A stretch of DNA of 64,000 nucleotides from positions 128,001 to 192,000 of the forward strand of contig OY782781.1 of the NCBI GenBank assembly GCA_963678315.1. The letters run 5' to 3'. Below, piece after piece: positions 11,301-20,065 of this stretch (the first letter of the stretch is position 1; every line of letters starts with the position of its first letter). The DNA is from Candidatus Cloacimonadales bacterium. Lineage in GTDB: Bacteria > Cloacimonadota > Cloacimonadia > Cloacimonadales > JAFGVF01. A model generated the notes under the pieces. That model saw only the letters and a list, made by a program, of their open reading frames with translations, was not told where the DNA came from and did not search any database. A program made the position numbers and the translations under genes.

Positions 11301-11711
11301 AGGTAAGTCGAAGACTAAATCAGGAATAAGCCCTGAAGATGAGTCTCTCTCTTCAAGGTGAAACATTTTCATTGTTTCTTCGTATAGTAGTTTATCAAAT
11401 GTATAAGCAAATACACTTTCGAAATATTCATCAAAAGTTAAAGTAACAGGTTGATGAATCTCAAAGTCATTGAATTTAGTTATCAAGGTAACTGTTTGAT
11501 TATCAAAATCTATGATTTCCTCAGTATCTGGAAAAACAGAATCTATAAATCTAGAATTCTCAAATTCTCTATTTCCAAGACTATAATAATCAACTTTTCC
11601 ACCATATATATTTTTATAATCCGTTAAATTATAATTGCTAGCTATTAATTTACTAGAAAACAAAAGCGTAATAATCAGCAACATATAAGTATATGTTTTA
11701 TTCATTAACAA
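5373..11711 (-). CDS. sprA: Cell surface protein SprA/Sov (type IX secretion translocon-like)
   Basis: 2112 aa. Contains LKGTIGEKIHV, YQGFEDEIVQSVEAGDISL, GLFGIRTDMKIG, ENVDYIVDYDFG, AYIDDMEG, LHIDLGDISED, EDVGLDG and IRLGAD..NYYE, and ends in a beta strand with terminal F. Confidence 0.88.
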   Translation of the reverse strand: MLMNKTYTYMLLIITLLFSSKLIASNYNLTDYKNIYGGKVDYYSLGNREFENSRFIDSVFPDTEEIIDFDNQTVTLITKFNDFEIHQPVTLTFDEYFESVFAYTFDKLLYEETMKMFHLEERDSSSGLIPDLVFDLPKFARSKTVRRIFGDKAGRLSFSGSEKLTISATSTENDNLGLSESDNSSSFTPKMEQELDMKLKGTIGEKIHVDLSYNSNQEESFFNPNNINISYQGFEDEIVQSVEAGDISLDLSGNSQFVGSVSSSQGLFGIRTDMKIGDLELTAVASQEESEKEKQVFKNKAQSDSTEVNVKDYTRRDMYYVVNPYHLFLLYQDGDTIPGSSQEVPEGWVNNAIKMDENGSYLVFDADVLPADGTLEVYLDDANVSNNTSTIPGFEMVEADTPFIPQFDLLSEGTDYIYDYDSGVLKMLKTINKSYTIGVRYTQRNGVQIPTYDASNEESVYVKLLRVRNQSYLEDVDPKDFAFESVDADGDGLPDNRFYTWHLQARNVYSLNAQNIDNEDFSLRVFQETSNGEYDYDVPSDIDSGGFTTINDFLLLDTNGDGKVDGSDTSIDLSAGYVTYPMLEPFAALNDTLIYQDENESINSEEYTYQMVITGKIGKDEISLGHTNILRGSVVVKVNGNKQKENVDYIVDYDFGNVTFLTAAGKDPNAEITIDYEFKSGFGVDQRQLFGIRADYKGFENFNIGGTFIYRTESVQDKHPKIGEENIELMLADIDAKYQINPRFMTDMVDWLPLVETDVESKFELSSEVALSFPNIYGNPDGKKKEAYIDDMEGILDEYPLGVTRKTWSEASKPANTSMPKARTHWFNPENILMKEVYDPSTMDSDQEEEEVSVLAMKIVPPEISSPNIVNRSWGGVMKYIGNQVDFSEKKYVEILAKIDTTYGSQEANVTLHIDLGDISEDFYTFNGGEGFLNTEDGISDGIIDGILDVRTEDVGLDGVKNGLPGDDPLDSSNDNQNSDGDYLFINGTEGNNELDTEDLDGNGTLNTLNRYFEYSIPLSSNNFDFLESEYRGWKLYRIPISDQDIYNAISNTTGINPDLSKISYARVWAEVDKTVRITIAELNVVGNKWEERPVLLVDTESSDDHFETSVPQDELDANNTSFIVGITDNQKDNHYTPPSGTFTTSEGEETLEQSLNISINNLQEGQLALVRQKSTESTNMLLYNSLRFWVYPELEQGELHTADSLNVIIRLGADSLNYYEIKEKVAPIIYATQMSRNNWKEVDIDFSEITELKNLNMASNSDNDTLYVDGLRSYRKVGNPTLSSIKELNLGVQPLAGSEFSGKVYFNDIRVADPYENSGYKARVTMNSKFADLYTINVDINQESENFVNKPDRSTTSSSFMETSSISVKNNFSMHKFFNDDWNITMPLTFDYSKSSSIPRFKANSDILRDDLSDFEKDLEKTESTTYKGTWSFRKGKTDNPWMDYTLGSLSLSADATLSDNITSTRADTTFKHNGTLAYDLNLGSVNRGFKIWDDLKINLFPSEIENTVTFNSTNPDKYKLTRTDTLIYWEDDTASSNQSTRAVKTENYVEFPLITAKNKSYLSSSYKIETERDLTYKNRINNINIGEESDYKQTITYNFAPELIPSILDVNSNGQVVFNESRSQKSNSYTYDDEEEDEDIIKFKHDGSVNRTFNVDLVFNNSDLLSDLADYLRSRTPNSPKKDGDKAKEDYDPKESKDPKEEKELEEAKEDKDRGREDVKASTPENAKYLKEIERLKVEIKELDKKKNDIKDEKDREEIERQLKEMRDRIVTLYDLNDALTSGRPGKDGDKPKEDKDEKDDKESNRESFSYISIIDWVAGFSNLEFGYKNDYNMNYKNLDNRPQYQFQLGIPYSLDPDLIEVKDNNNQFDAETRFSYKNFNTSIYYTYENNKRWSSNSSQTIITTFPEIDINVTDIQSYFGFGDILTSSSIGTGYTYEVEEKGDIGWSKPDSRTVRTNFAPMFSWTGNWANNVITTASYNQYSTKTTEDKNTFDKITNDKDQTVTGSVSWSFKAVEGFKLPLIGSSIRLKNDMTLRTNVNWTKNYMTEKGSSETLVRENKITYSVIPEVSYKFHKNIDGGSKLSYEMTQDKKSNRDVKKISFSLWVKITF

Positions 11712-11725
11712 AATCCCACGTTTAA

Positions 11726-12499
11726 TTATTTATTTAATCCGATTAAATTGAGCCCATCAATAATTAATGAGTCATCAACAATATCTACCTCTTCAGAACA
11801 AGAACATATTAAGTTTGCCACTCCACCAGTTGCTATGGTTTTATAGTCTTCAAGATTATATTCTTTCTTAATCTGTTTTATAAAACCATCAATAATAAAA
11901 GCGTGACCATTAATAATACCAGACAGTAAAGCATCCTTGGTATTTAGTCCTAAAATAGAGTGTGGCTTAGATAATTTAATATCAGCAAGCAGGGCAGCTT
12001 TTTCAAACAAGGAATTAGATGAAGATCTCACTCCGGGAATGATAGAAGCACCATAGAAAGTACCATCCTTTCCTGTCAGTTGAACAGTTGTGGCAGTTCC
12101 TAAATCACACACTATAGTATTTGTCTTGTACTTACTGATTGAAGCATAAGCATTAACGATTAAATCTGCACCTATAAAGCTTGGGTCAGGTGTTTTAAAT
12201 TTAAGTCCCAAATCTGTATTAGCATTCACATCAATAAAAGTACAATCAAAGTACTTATTAAACATTCTACGTATAATTCTGTTAAGTTGTGGCACTACAG
12301 ATGATAGTACCCCAGTAGCAATATTACCAGCTTCCTCCTTAATGGATTTTAGTAATGAATCTATAACTACAAAATACTCGTCTTCAGTCTTATTCTTATC
12401 AGTATGAATTCTCCATGAAGCAAGTAATTCCATTTCTTTGTATATTCCAATAACGAGATTAGTATTACCTATATCTAAAACAATTATTTTATTTTTCAT
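11726..12499 (-). CDS. coaX: Type III pantothenate kinase
   Basis: LDIGNTN, SSVVP, IGADL, DLGTATT, IIPG and IATGG. Confidence 0.95.
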   Translation of the reverse strand: MKNKIIVLDIGNTNLVIGIYKEMELLASWRIHTDKNKTEDEYFVVIDSLLKSIKEEAGNIATGVLSSVVPQLNRIIRRMFNKYFDCTFIDVNANTDLGLKFKTPDPSFIGADLIVNAYASISKYKTNTIVCDLGTATTVQLTGKDGTFYGASIIPGVRSSSNSLFEKAALLADIKLSKPHSILGLNTKDALLSGIINGHAFIIDGFIKQIKKEYNLEDYKTIATGGVANLICSCSEEVDIVDDSLIIDGLNLIGLNK

Positions 12500-12608
12500 A
12501 TTTTTCCCAGATTAATTTTATCTATAAAATTTCGTCAACAACTTTTATTCCCTACATTATAATATGGACTCAAAAATGCTTAATTAGGCACACTTCAGTA
12601 AAATACTT

Positions 12609-13685
12609 CTAGAATTCTTCATAGGCTGAGACATTTAAGGAATAACCTTCCTCAGTAAAAGCTATATCAAATCGCATGTTCAGTCTATCTTTAGAATCAG
12701 TTAGTTTATATCTGAAACCTGTACCAATAGAATACTTTAGTTGAGAGAAATCAAAGTCATCTAGTTCATTTGCTACTTGCCCTGTTTCTGCAAACAATAC
12801 AAAACCAGCTCTTTTTTGATAACCCGATCTGAAAGGAGCCATTCTAAGTTCTGCCCTAGCTGAGACCCTGTGATTATCCATAAACCTTCTTGATGAATAA
12901 CCTCTAAGCCTATCTCCTAACTTTGCTAAGCGTTGAAAAGGAGTATTCCCATTACAGAATTTACCATCAATATGAGTGGCTAAAACTAACATTTCTGAAG
13001 TTGAGAAATAGTTTTTTAAATCTATTTCTGTCATTGAGAAATTATAATCTGAGCCTATACTTTCATCATAATATCGATAAGAAGCTCGATAGAATAGACC
13101 ATTAGTTGGATAGTTAAATTGATTTCTCGTATCTAGTTTAAGAACACTTCCAAGACCGAAGAATTTTCCACCATCATTTCCCAAAAGATTGTCCCAATCA
13201 ACCCATTCATTATATTCTCTTTTAGTAACTTCTAAGTCACCAAATTCAGCATTGACTCCAAGAAATAGTTTTCTATATACTCTTCTATAGAAATCGAATT
13301 CAAGACTGTTTTCAATTTCTGTATAGCTAGTTTCTGAATCCTTATGACTGTCATTACCTAATTGATAAATATCTGTCGGCCATTTCTTATATCTATATGC
13401 TATTGAAGTATAATAGTTTCGTCCCAGTGTAAATTTGCCTTTAGTTATATACCTAAACTGATTTTCTAAAGAATGTTGAACAACATTTGTCCATTGTCCA
13501 TCAATATTCTTGTGTTGCTTAGCTGTATCATAAATAACAACTCCCCCATAGACTAAGGAAGTTTCACTATTATATGCTAGCAAAGGGAAGAAAAACCAAT
13601 GTTTTGGAGAAGACCTAAAAACTGGTGTAGCCCATATTTGACTAACTGCAATAACAAAGATTAATAAACTTACTAGCTTTTTCAT
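12609..13685 (-). CDS. BamA/TamA (Omp85) family barrel-only outer membrane protein
   Basis: Signal peptide, LDTRN...PTNG, LRGY and RFDIAF...AYEEF; no POTRA region. Confidence 0.8.
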   Translation of the reverse strand: MKKLVSLLIFVIAVSQIWATPVFRSSPKHWFFFPLLAYNSETSLVYGGVVIYDTAKQHKNIDGQWTNVVQHSLENQFRYITKGKFTLGRNYYTSIAYRYKKWPTDIYQLGNDSHKDSETSYTEIENSLEFDFYRRVYRKLFLGVNAEFGDLEVTKREYNEWVDWDNLLGNDGGKFFGLGSVLKLDTRNQFNYPTNGLFYRASYRYYDESIGSDYNFSMTEIDLKNYFSTSEMLVLATHIDGKFCNGNTPFQRLAKLGDRLRGYSSRRFMDNHRVSARAELRMAPFRSGYQKRAGFVLFAETGQVANELDDFDFSQLKYSIGTGFRYKLTDSKDRLNMRFDIAFTEEGYSLNVSAYEEF

Positions 13686-15214
13686 CTCTTCTTTTTCTTC
13701 TCGTGCATTTCTCTGATTATCTCTTCCACCTTACGGAAGTTAACCTTTCCAGAAGCCATTAAAGGTAATTCATCTAACACATAATACTCTCTAGGCACCA
13801 TAATAGAAGGAAGCTCTTTCTTCATATATTTTTTTATTTGCTTTGTTTCTAGTTCTTTAGTTGTAACCACTGCCACTATATCAGCGCCCTTCATTGGATT
13901 TGGTACATCAACAACACAGCAAAGTGTTTCTTCAGGTAGTATTGATTCCAAAACACCTTCAACTTTTACAAGTGAAACCATTTCACCACCGATTTTAACA
14001 AATCGTCTTAATCTTCCTCTATGTGAGATATAGCCATCTTTATCTAATACACCCATATCTCCAGTGTCATACCAACCATCACGAATTCTCATAGAAGTTT
14101 CTTCGTAGTCATTATAATAACCAGTAGTTACTAAATCACCTTTTACTAGAATCTTACCTTCTTTTCCAGGTGGAAGTTCTTTACCTGTTTCTCGGTCAAC
14201 TATTTTTATTTTTGTACCAGGAAGAGGTTTACCAACTGTACCCACCTTACAATTATTCTTAAAGTTTGTTGATATAACAGGACTAGTCTCAGTTGTTCCA
14301 TAACCTTCATAAAGTTCAAGGTCATGCTTTTTAAGATACTCATCTCTGATCTGCTTAGATAACTTATCTGCACCTGAAATAGCAGTTCTTACTGATGCAA
14401 AATCACCTTTATCTGAACGTTTCAGATATCCATGATAGAAGGTCGGAGTTCCAACCATTAAAGTTACTTTATATTTCCTGATAGATTTACAAACAACTCG
14501 ATATTCAAGAGGATTAGCGACTGTAACTGTTTTCCCACCATATAATAAAGGAGTCCAGAATGTTACAGTAATACCGAAAACATGAAACAATGGTAGATTA
14601 GCTAAAAATACTTCTTCTTTGATATCTTTGACAATTGTTCTAAATCCATTCACATTATGCATTATATTCTTGTGAGTTAGTTGAACTGCCTTAGGGTCTT
14701 TCTCAGAACCAGAAGTAAATAGAATAACAGCATTTTCATCTTTTGAACCATTATGGACATATTTGCTGATTAACTTATCTGTCAAACGTGAAACAGCTAA
14801 GCCCTTAACCTTATCAAGTAGATTAATACCTTTCATTATATCTTCTATGTTAACCATACCAGAGAATGGTTTTAGATTAAACTTCTGGATTAGTTTTTCG
14901 GTACAAATAGTAGTCCTAAAATTACATTTCTTTTGAGCATACTTAACATTCTCAATCGGCCCAACAGAGTAATTTATCATCACAGGTGTCTTATCTGCCA
15001 TTAACAAAGCAAGAGTAGTAACACAACATCCAAAAGAAGTAGGAATCATTACCCCAATGTTCTTCTCTTTGAATTTCTTGAACTTCTTTGCTAAGATTAA
15101 GGCTGCCAACAACATCTTTTCATAAGAAATACTCTTTCCTGCTGAGACATCATGAATAGCTATATCTTTTGGATACTGTTTGGCTATCTTTATAAATCTT
15201 TGATGTAATTGCAT
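13682..15214 (-). CDS. Acyl-ACP synthetase / AMP-binding enzyme (Aas C-terminal-like)
   Basis: LFTSGSEKDPKAV, LPLFHVFG, YEGYGTTETSP, GWYDTGD, RFVKIGGEMVSL and LPLMASGKV. Confidence 0.88.
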   Translation of the reverse strand: MQLHQRFIKIAKQYPKDIAIHDVSAGKSISYEKMLLAALILAKKFKKFKEKNIGVMIPTSFGCCVTTLALLMADKTPVMINYSVGPIENVKYAQKKCNFRTTICTEKLIQKFNLKPFSGMVNIEDIMKGINLLDKVKGLAVSRLTDKLISKYVHNGSKDENAVILFTSGSEKDPKAVQLTHKNIMHNVNGFRTIVKDIKEEVFLANLPLFHVFGITVTFWTPLLYGGKTVTVANPLEYRVVCKSIRKYKVTLMVGTPTFYHGYLKRSDKGDFASVRTAISGADKLSKQIRDEYLKKHDLELYEGYGTTETSPVISTNFKNNCKVGTVGKPLPGTKIKIVDRETGKELPPGKEGKILVKGDLVTTGYYNDYEETSMRIRDGWYDTGDMGVLDKDGYISHRGRLRRFVKIGGEMVSLVKVEGVLESILPEETLCCVVDVPNPMKGADIVAVVTTKELETKQIKKYMKKELPSIMVPREYYVLDELPLMASGKVNFRKVEEIIREMHEKKKKR

Positions 15215-15497
15215 ATATATATAATAATTTCCCTTATTTTTATTTCAACTAATGAAGAATATATTAGTTCTGTAATATTGTCAATTAATTTGTTCTTAAG
15301 CAACTATTCAAATTTTTTTTTGATCTTTTAGTGATTATCCCAGATAATATATTAGGTTTGAATAAAATAGTGCTCTTTTTTTATTCTAATACATTAATTT
15401 GGATTAGTAAACAGCCCAGATTAATTGAATCTTTGTTAATGTTCATACATCTAAAAAGAAATTACTACTAAAACATAAAAATGAAATTCAGTAATTA

Positions 15498-16127
15498 TTA
15501 ATCTTTAGTAACAAGTTTTTCGATAAGTCTATAAATTCTTGACCCAGGGTTTTCGGGAACTAACTCATTCGGTTTGACATCTAATTGTTTTGCTATATCA
15601 ATTGCTTTAGGATATTGGGCATAATCCCATCTTCTTAATGGCTTATCTTTATTATGGTGATTAAAATATTGCTTTATCTCATCAATAAAATCATCGCAAG
15701 AGTTTGAACTTATTAATCTATTTACTTGATTCTTATTTATAAGGTGAAATAAAATCCAAACTTCGAAACACGGATTACTTACGAAAATCTTTACTCCATA
15801 GTTCTTACATAGTGTTTCTATAAGATCCAACGACCATTTATCTTTATCAACAACTACCACATAATCATCATTCGGTTTATATTTTTCTTCATCATTTAGA
15901 GCAATTTTAATTCTTTCAAACACATGCTCTGGATCAGAAAGACCTAACCTTCTAATTCCTTTTACATGTATAAGTTTAATGCTTGTCTTTATTAATTTAC
16001 CAAGATCAGAAAAGTATTTAGGTTCTGAGTTACTTCCTTCAGTAGCAATGAATAACCTTTGAGTAGATCTTTTACCGCATCTTTGTTCAGGATCAATAAG
16101 AACTTCATAATCTACATTTTGATTCAT
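15498..16127 (-). CDS. rloB: RloB-family (AbiLii-like) TOPRIM-type protein
   Basis: IATEGSNSEPKYF, VVDKD, SNPCFEVWILFH and C-terminal NPGSRIYRLIE; 4-nt overlap with the ATPase gene. Confidence 0.88.
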   Translation of the reverse strand: MNQNVDYEVLIDPEQRCGKRSTQRLFIATEGSNSEPKYFSDLGKLIKTSIKLIHVKGIRRLGLSDPEHVFERIKIALNDEEKYKPNDDYVVVVDKDKWSLDLIETLCKNYGVKIFVSNPCFEVWILFHLINKNQVNRLISSNSCDDFIDEIKQYFNHHNKDKPLRRWDYAQYPKAIDIAKQLDVKPNELVPENPGSRIYRLIEKLVTKD

Positions 16128-17452
16128 TGATTCTCCTTCAGGTTAATTTCAGGAATTGCTCCTAATCTACCATCGAGATAATCACTTATAAGTTCATCAT
16201 CTGCAATTTCTTTAAATTCTGACAATGAATATAGCTCAGATTCTCTAAAGAAGTTCTTCTTCATATACCAGATTTCATCGTCGCGAAACAAACTTTGATC
16301 CATCAAATTAGTATCGTGTGTTGTTGCTATCAACTGACTAGATGTACCTTTTGTATAATAGAAAAATATTTGAAAAAGAGCTCTTGTTAACAGAGTGTGC
16401 ATACTTTTATCTATCTCATCAATAATAAAAACTGATTTATGTTTTTTGAATTCAATAAGCATTGGAATAATGTTAAACAATCGCCTTGTTCCTTCTGATT
16501 CTTCTTGTATATCGAAATATACCATTTTCCCATTTTCATCTTCTCGTCCGATCATAACTTTTCTAACTACGATATCATTATCTTTATCTAAACTAAAAAT
16601 GTAAAAATTGTTGCTTCCAGATATAAACATAGTTGAGCTATTTCTAGTCAATTTACTTGTGATACTATTTATAACGGTGCTAGGAATCTCATTTTTAACA
16701 AATTCAATACCTACATCTTGTGCATTTATAACATCAATATCAATATCAAGCAACTCCAAAATCCCTCTGTATTCTTTATAGAAATCTTCATCAAATACTA
16801 ATTTAAAGAAGTTGCTATTGTCAATATCTGTATGAAGCACATTTAGGTTTTTAAACCACTCAATTATTTCACTAATTTCTTTATTTAAATACTTCTTGTT
16901 CTGATTGTTTAGTCGTGTAAGTAATAGTTCTGTAGTTCTGCATGCATCAGCAGAGAAATGTAAATACTCTGTTTCTCTACTGTTCTCGATTAGCGTTTCA
17001 TTTACAGTTGTATGCATACTATCTTTTGCGTCATTGAACTCTCTATAGTATATACTGTTTACTTTCTTGTTATTAATTCTATAACACCATTCTTTTTCAA
17101 CCCTGAATGGACTTATATCAAAGCCATAGATATATTCATAACCGGAAGTATTTATTATGTACTCAAAGCTTGTAACATTAGAATCATTAAACTTGTATTT
17201 TTTTATTCCTATTCTATCATCATTACTAGAACCATTTAGAATATAACTACGACTATCATCTATAGCTTTTATTAAGTTTGTTTTCCCTGAAGCATTAGCT
17301 CCATATATTATTGATGATTTCAAAATATCTGCTTGATTCTCATTTGTCCTATAAACATGATCATAATGATTATTTGATTCACCTCTAAACATCGCAAACG
17401 TAACTTCATCATTAAAACTTAAATAATTTTTTACCTTAAATCGGACTAGCAT
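16124..17452 (-). CDS. RloA/AbiLi-like ABC-type ATPase (AAA_21)
   Basis: VKNYLSF, Walker A YGANASGKTN, ESEGT signature, Walker B IIDEID, TTHDT, RDDEIW and YLDGRLGAIP. Confidence 0.9.
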   Translation of the reverse strand: MLVRFKVKNYLSFNDEVTFAMFRGESNNHYDHVYRTNENQADILKSSIIYGANASGKTNLIKAIDDSRSYILNGSSNDDRIGIKKYKFNDSNVTSFEYIINTSGYEYIYGFDISPFRVEKEWCYRINNKKVNSIYYREFNDAKDSMHTTVNETLIENSRETEYLHFSADACRTTELLLTRLNNQNKKYLNKEISEIIEWFKNLNVLHTDIDNSNFFKLVFDEDFYKEYRGILELLDIDIDVINAQDVGIEFVKNEIPSTVINSITSKLTRNSSTMFISGSNNFYIFSLDKDNDIVVRKVMIGREDENGKMVYFDIQEESEGTRRLFNIIPMLIEFKKHKSVFIIDEIDKSMHTLLTRALFQIFFYYTKGTSSQLIATTHDTNLMDQSLFRDDEIWYMKKNFFRESELYSLSEFKEIADDELISDYLDGRLGAIPEINLKENQ

Positions 17453-17477
17453 AATGTTTCTCTTATTTTTTTTGTTT

Positions 17478-17506
17478 ATAATAGTATTCTAAGACTTTTT
17501 TGTCAA
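17478..17506 (-). promoter_or_regulatory. Sigma70-type promoter of rloAB
   Basis: TTGACA-N17-TATTAT on the minus strand, about 25 nt upstream of the ATG. Confidence 0.7.
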
Positions 17507-17619
17507 CATCTTTAAGACTATTCTTTGTAATATGTTTAATTAACGATATCGTTATATCTTTTGTTCTCAGTTTTCATTACTATTCATTTTGCACTACTTG
17601 AACATCATCATGGCCTTGT

Positions 17620-17642
17620 GGGCGTATACCATACGCCCCTAC
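17620..17642 (-). repeat. GTAG-type REP-like hairpin
   Basis: Minus strand GTAG-GGGCGTAT-GGT-ATACGCCC. Confidence 0.7.
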
Positions 17643-17677
17643 GATTTACCCTGCAAAGTCGGAACGCCATCATCACT

Positions 17678-17785
17678 TATGTCGCCCTTTCAGGGCTGGA
17701 TTAGAATTTCTTTTTTACATGGGGTACAAGACTCAGTCAAAGCCTGACACGGCCCTGGCTTAGTATATGCCACCCCTTCGGGGTT
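17678..17785. repeat. REP-like paired hairpin element (GCCCTTTCAGGGC ... ACCCCTTCGGGGT)
   Basis: Two related hairpins TATGTCGCCCTTTCAGGGCT and TATGCCACCCCTTCGGGGTT flank a degenerate central stem. Confidence 0.55.
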
Positions 17786-17822
17786 TTTAATGAACATCCT
17801 AAATTTTCAGTTAATTTTAATC

Positions 17823-17847
17823 TAGACGAACAGCCGTTCGTCTCTAC
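17823..17847 (-). repeat. GTAG-type REP-like hairpin
   Basis: Minus strand GTAG-AGACGAAC-GGCT-GTTCGTCT; related to 22273-22297. Confidence 0.7.
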
Positions 17848-17906
17848 ATATTCACTTATCACTAGGTTCTAAGTGAAGCCAGCACGGAGGCTGGCGATCC
17901 CAGTAT
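17846..17906 (-). repeat. 61-bp double-hairpin dispersed repeat, copy 1
   Basis: Reverse complement is 59/61 identical to 48063-48123. Confidence 0.92.
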
Positions 17907-17949
17907 TCACTCCTAATTCCTCACTTCTAAGTACCCCATTGCCCTTGCT

Positions 17950-17983
17950 CCACCTGCATAAAAAGCTAAATTAATGCAGGAGG
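17950..17983. repeat. 34-bp palindrome family A (CCWCCTGCATWAA-N8-TTWATGCAGGAGG), copy 1
   Basis: CCACCTGCATAAA-AAGCTAAA-TTAATGCAGGAGG; further copies at 27907 and 50101. Confidence 0.85.
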
Positions 17984-18051
17984 CTATAAAAACACCCTAG
18001 ATAAAAAAGCTAGTTTGCTTTGTAAATTGGCCTATTTGGGATTATTATAAA

Positions 18052-18675
18052 TTAGAATTTAAATCCGAATCCTGAAGATGCTCCATAAGAGACTCCATAC
18101 TGGTGCGCTGTTCCTTTTATTTCTAATGGGATAAGAAAAGCACCAAGACCAAAAGAAATTCCCGCTTTGGCAGTTACTCCCAAAGTCCAATCATAATCAA
18201 TTTCTTCATAGACATCTTCTAAGATAGGCACTTTAATAACAGAAGGTCCGATTAGACCAAAACCTCTTAATCTGAAATATGCTCTAGAAGGGATAAATGA
18301 CCTATCAATTCCAATCAGACCACTTAAGCCCCTTTCATTGAAAGACTCATAATCACCATTTACATCATCACACATAATGTCATAGTAACTGATTTCGTAA
18401 GATAACTTGTTGGTAATCACTCTCAGAGAAAGACTTAGAATCTGTTCATCATAATATTCAGAACTATAATTTTTATAAGCATCTAGGCTAATATCTCCAG
18501 ATGTAGAAGTGAAAATTACGTTTTCAACTACTAAGCTATCATTTTCACCAATATAATAAAATGGTTCCTCAGCTACTATTGAAGAAATACCGAGTAGTGT
18601 AAATATTATAAAAATTAAACTCATTGGGGCAGCATTACGAAAAGGGTATATACTTATATTTCTTTGTTGTTTCAT
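18052..18675 (-). CDS. Small outer-membrane beta-barrel-like protein
   Basis: Signal-like N-terminus, amphipathic strands and C-terminal GFGFKF beta-signal. Confidence 0.6.
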   Translation of the reverse strand: MKQQRNISIYPFRNAAPMSLIFIIFTLLGISSIVAEEPFYYIGENDSLVVENVIFTSTSGDISLDAYKNYSSEYYDEQILSLSLRVITNKLSYEISYYDIMCDDVNGDYESFNERGLSGLIGIDRSFIPSRAYFRLRGFGLIGPSVIKVPILEDVYEEIDYDWTLGVTAKAGISFGLGAFLIPLEIKGTAHQYGVSYGASSGFGFKF

Positions 18676-18746
18676 ATTATTCTCTCTTAAATCTAAATCA
18701 TAACAAAAATAAAAGCTATGTGATAATTAAGTCAATTAGAAAATTA

Positions 18747-19391
18747 TTAGAAGTTAACTCCTACTCCCAAAATTGTATTAAAGTGTGCAGATTTATGTCC
18801 CAGTTTTAAATTCATTTCACCTATCAGACTGAATCTACTTATTGAGGCAACAATAGCAGTTTTTCCACAAATACCATAGTTAAGGTCACTATCATCCTCA
18901 TCCTCTTCCTCTTCTTCAGAATCATAATCTTTTTCTTGATCAGCTATAGACAAACATAACCCACCATGAAAAAGGAGTTCTAAAGCAACCAGATTTTTAT
19001 CTGCTACGATTTGGACATTCTTTCCTGCCATTGCAAATAAACCAAGATCAACAAAATTATATTCTCCAACAACAACTGGATTTATAACATGGTCAACAAT
19101 CTGGTTTTGAGTTAAGTCAAACTTTCCACTTACAAGATAGCCTCCTAATTGAAAGCCAAATGAATCCTTTACCCACATTGCTGTAAATTGTGAGTAGTTT
19201 GTATCCTTTGCTCCTGAATAACCATCAACATAAAGAAGAGTATGTCCTGAGCTTGCATGAAGAGAGAAGCGACCATCTTTTAAGCTCTCATGATTGCCTA
19301 GAGTATCTTGTTCCATTAATTCATAATCCTGACAATTGCCAATTGCTATCAAAAAAATATTCACTATCACTAAAAAAACTAATTTGTTCAT
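18747..19391 (-). CDS. Small outer-membrane beta-barrel-like protein with acidic loop
   Basis: Signal peptide, DSEEEEEDEDDSD loop and C-terminal LGVGVNF. Confidence 0.6.
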   Translation of the reverse strand: MNKLVFLVIVNIFLIAIGNCQDYELMEQDTLGNHESLKDGRFSLHASSGHTLLYVDGYSGAKDTNYSQFTAMWVKDSFGFQLGGYLVSGKFDLTQNQIVDHVINPVVVGEYNFVDLGLFAMAGKNVQIVADKNLVALELLFHGGLCLSIADQEKDYDSEEEEEDEDDSDLNYGICGKTAIVASISRFSLIGEMNLKLGHKSAHFNTILGVGVNF

Positions 19392-19446
19392 TACTTTTAT
19401 CTATCCTTATCAATGAATTTTCTACATTAGACCAATATCTTTATTC

Positions 19447-20049
19447 TTACAATCTTAAACCAATACCCAAAGCAGTATTAGCTAATAATTCAAAATCAGA
19501 ACCAAATAAAGTGTAATCCAATGTAATTGCAACTATTTTATAGGATAATGACAAACCTGTTCTAAACTCAACAGCAACATCTCCACCAAAATCATCTTCA
19601 TCTACATAGCCTTGGTGGATTAGTAATCCAGGTCCTAATAATAAGTGTAGTTTTAATTTTAAATCATCTTTAGAATATATATCCCAATCCTTACCCACAA
19701 GTGCACATAAAACCTGATTGTCGTCTTCAAGTTCTTTATATTTGTAGTCATAAGTCCACTCATTATAGTAGACTTTACTATGATGATAGTTAAGTTCCAA
19801 GGCCCACTTCTTCTTAGTAACTAATCTTGCTGTTATTCTTTGGAATTTAAATTCATAATCTTCCCACAGATTAGTAGATTGAAAGTAGGGGGAAGATTCA
19901 TTAGTATAATAAAGATATAGTTCATATCCATTTTCTTTAAAAGATTCATATAGCGATTTATTGCTTGTTTCTGTCTTAGTGACAGCAAACAAGGAAACAG
20001 ATGAATAGAGCATAGTAACTAAAATAATAATTAATAATCGACATTTCAT
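19447..20049 (-). CDS. Small outer-membrane beta-barrel-like protein
   Basis: Signal peptide, amphipathic strands and C-terminal LGIGLRL. Confidence 0.6.
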   Translation of the reverse strand: MKCRLLIIILVTMLYSSVSLFAVTKTETSNKSLYESFKENGYELYLYYTNESSPYFQSTNLWEDYEFKFQRITARLVTKKKWALELNYHHSKVYYNEWTYDYKYKELEDDNQVLCALVGKDWDIYSKDDLKLKLHLLLGPGLLIHQGYVDEDDFGGDVAVEFRTGLSLSYKIVAITLDYTLFGSDFELLANTALGIGLRL

Positions 20050-20065
20050 TAAGAAGGCTCCTTAT

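Noticed and set aside
17620..17990. Hairpin cluster as a CRISPR array
   Set aside because: Units are different sequences, with no constant repeat or regular spacers and no cas genes.
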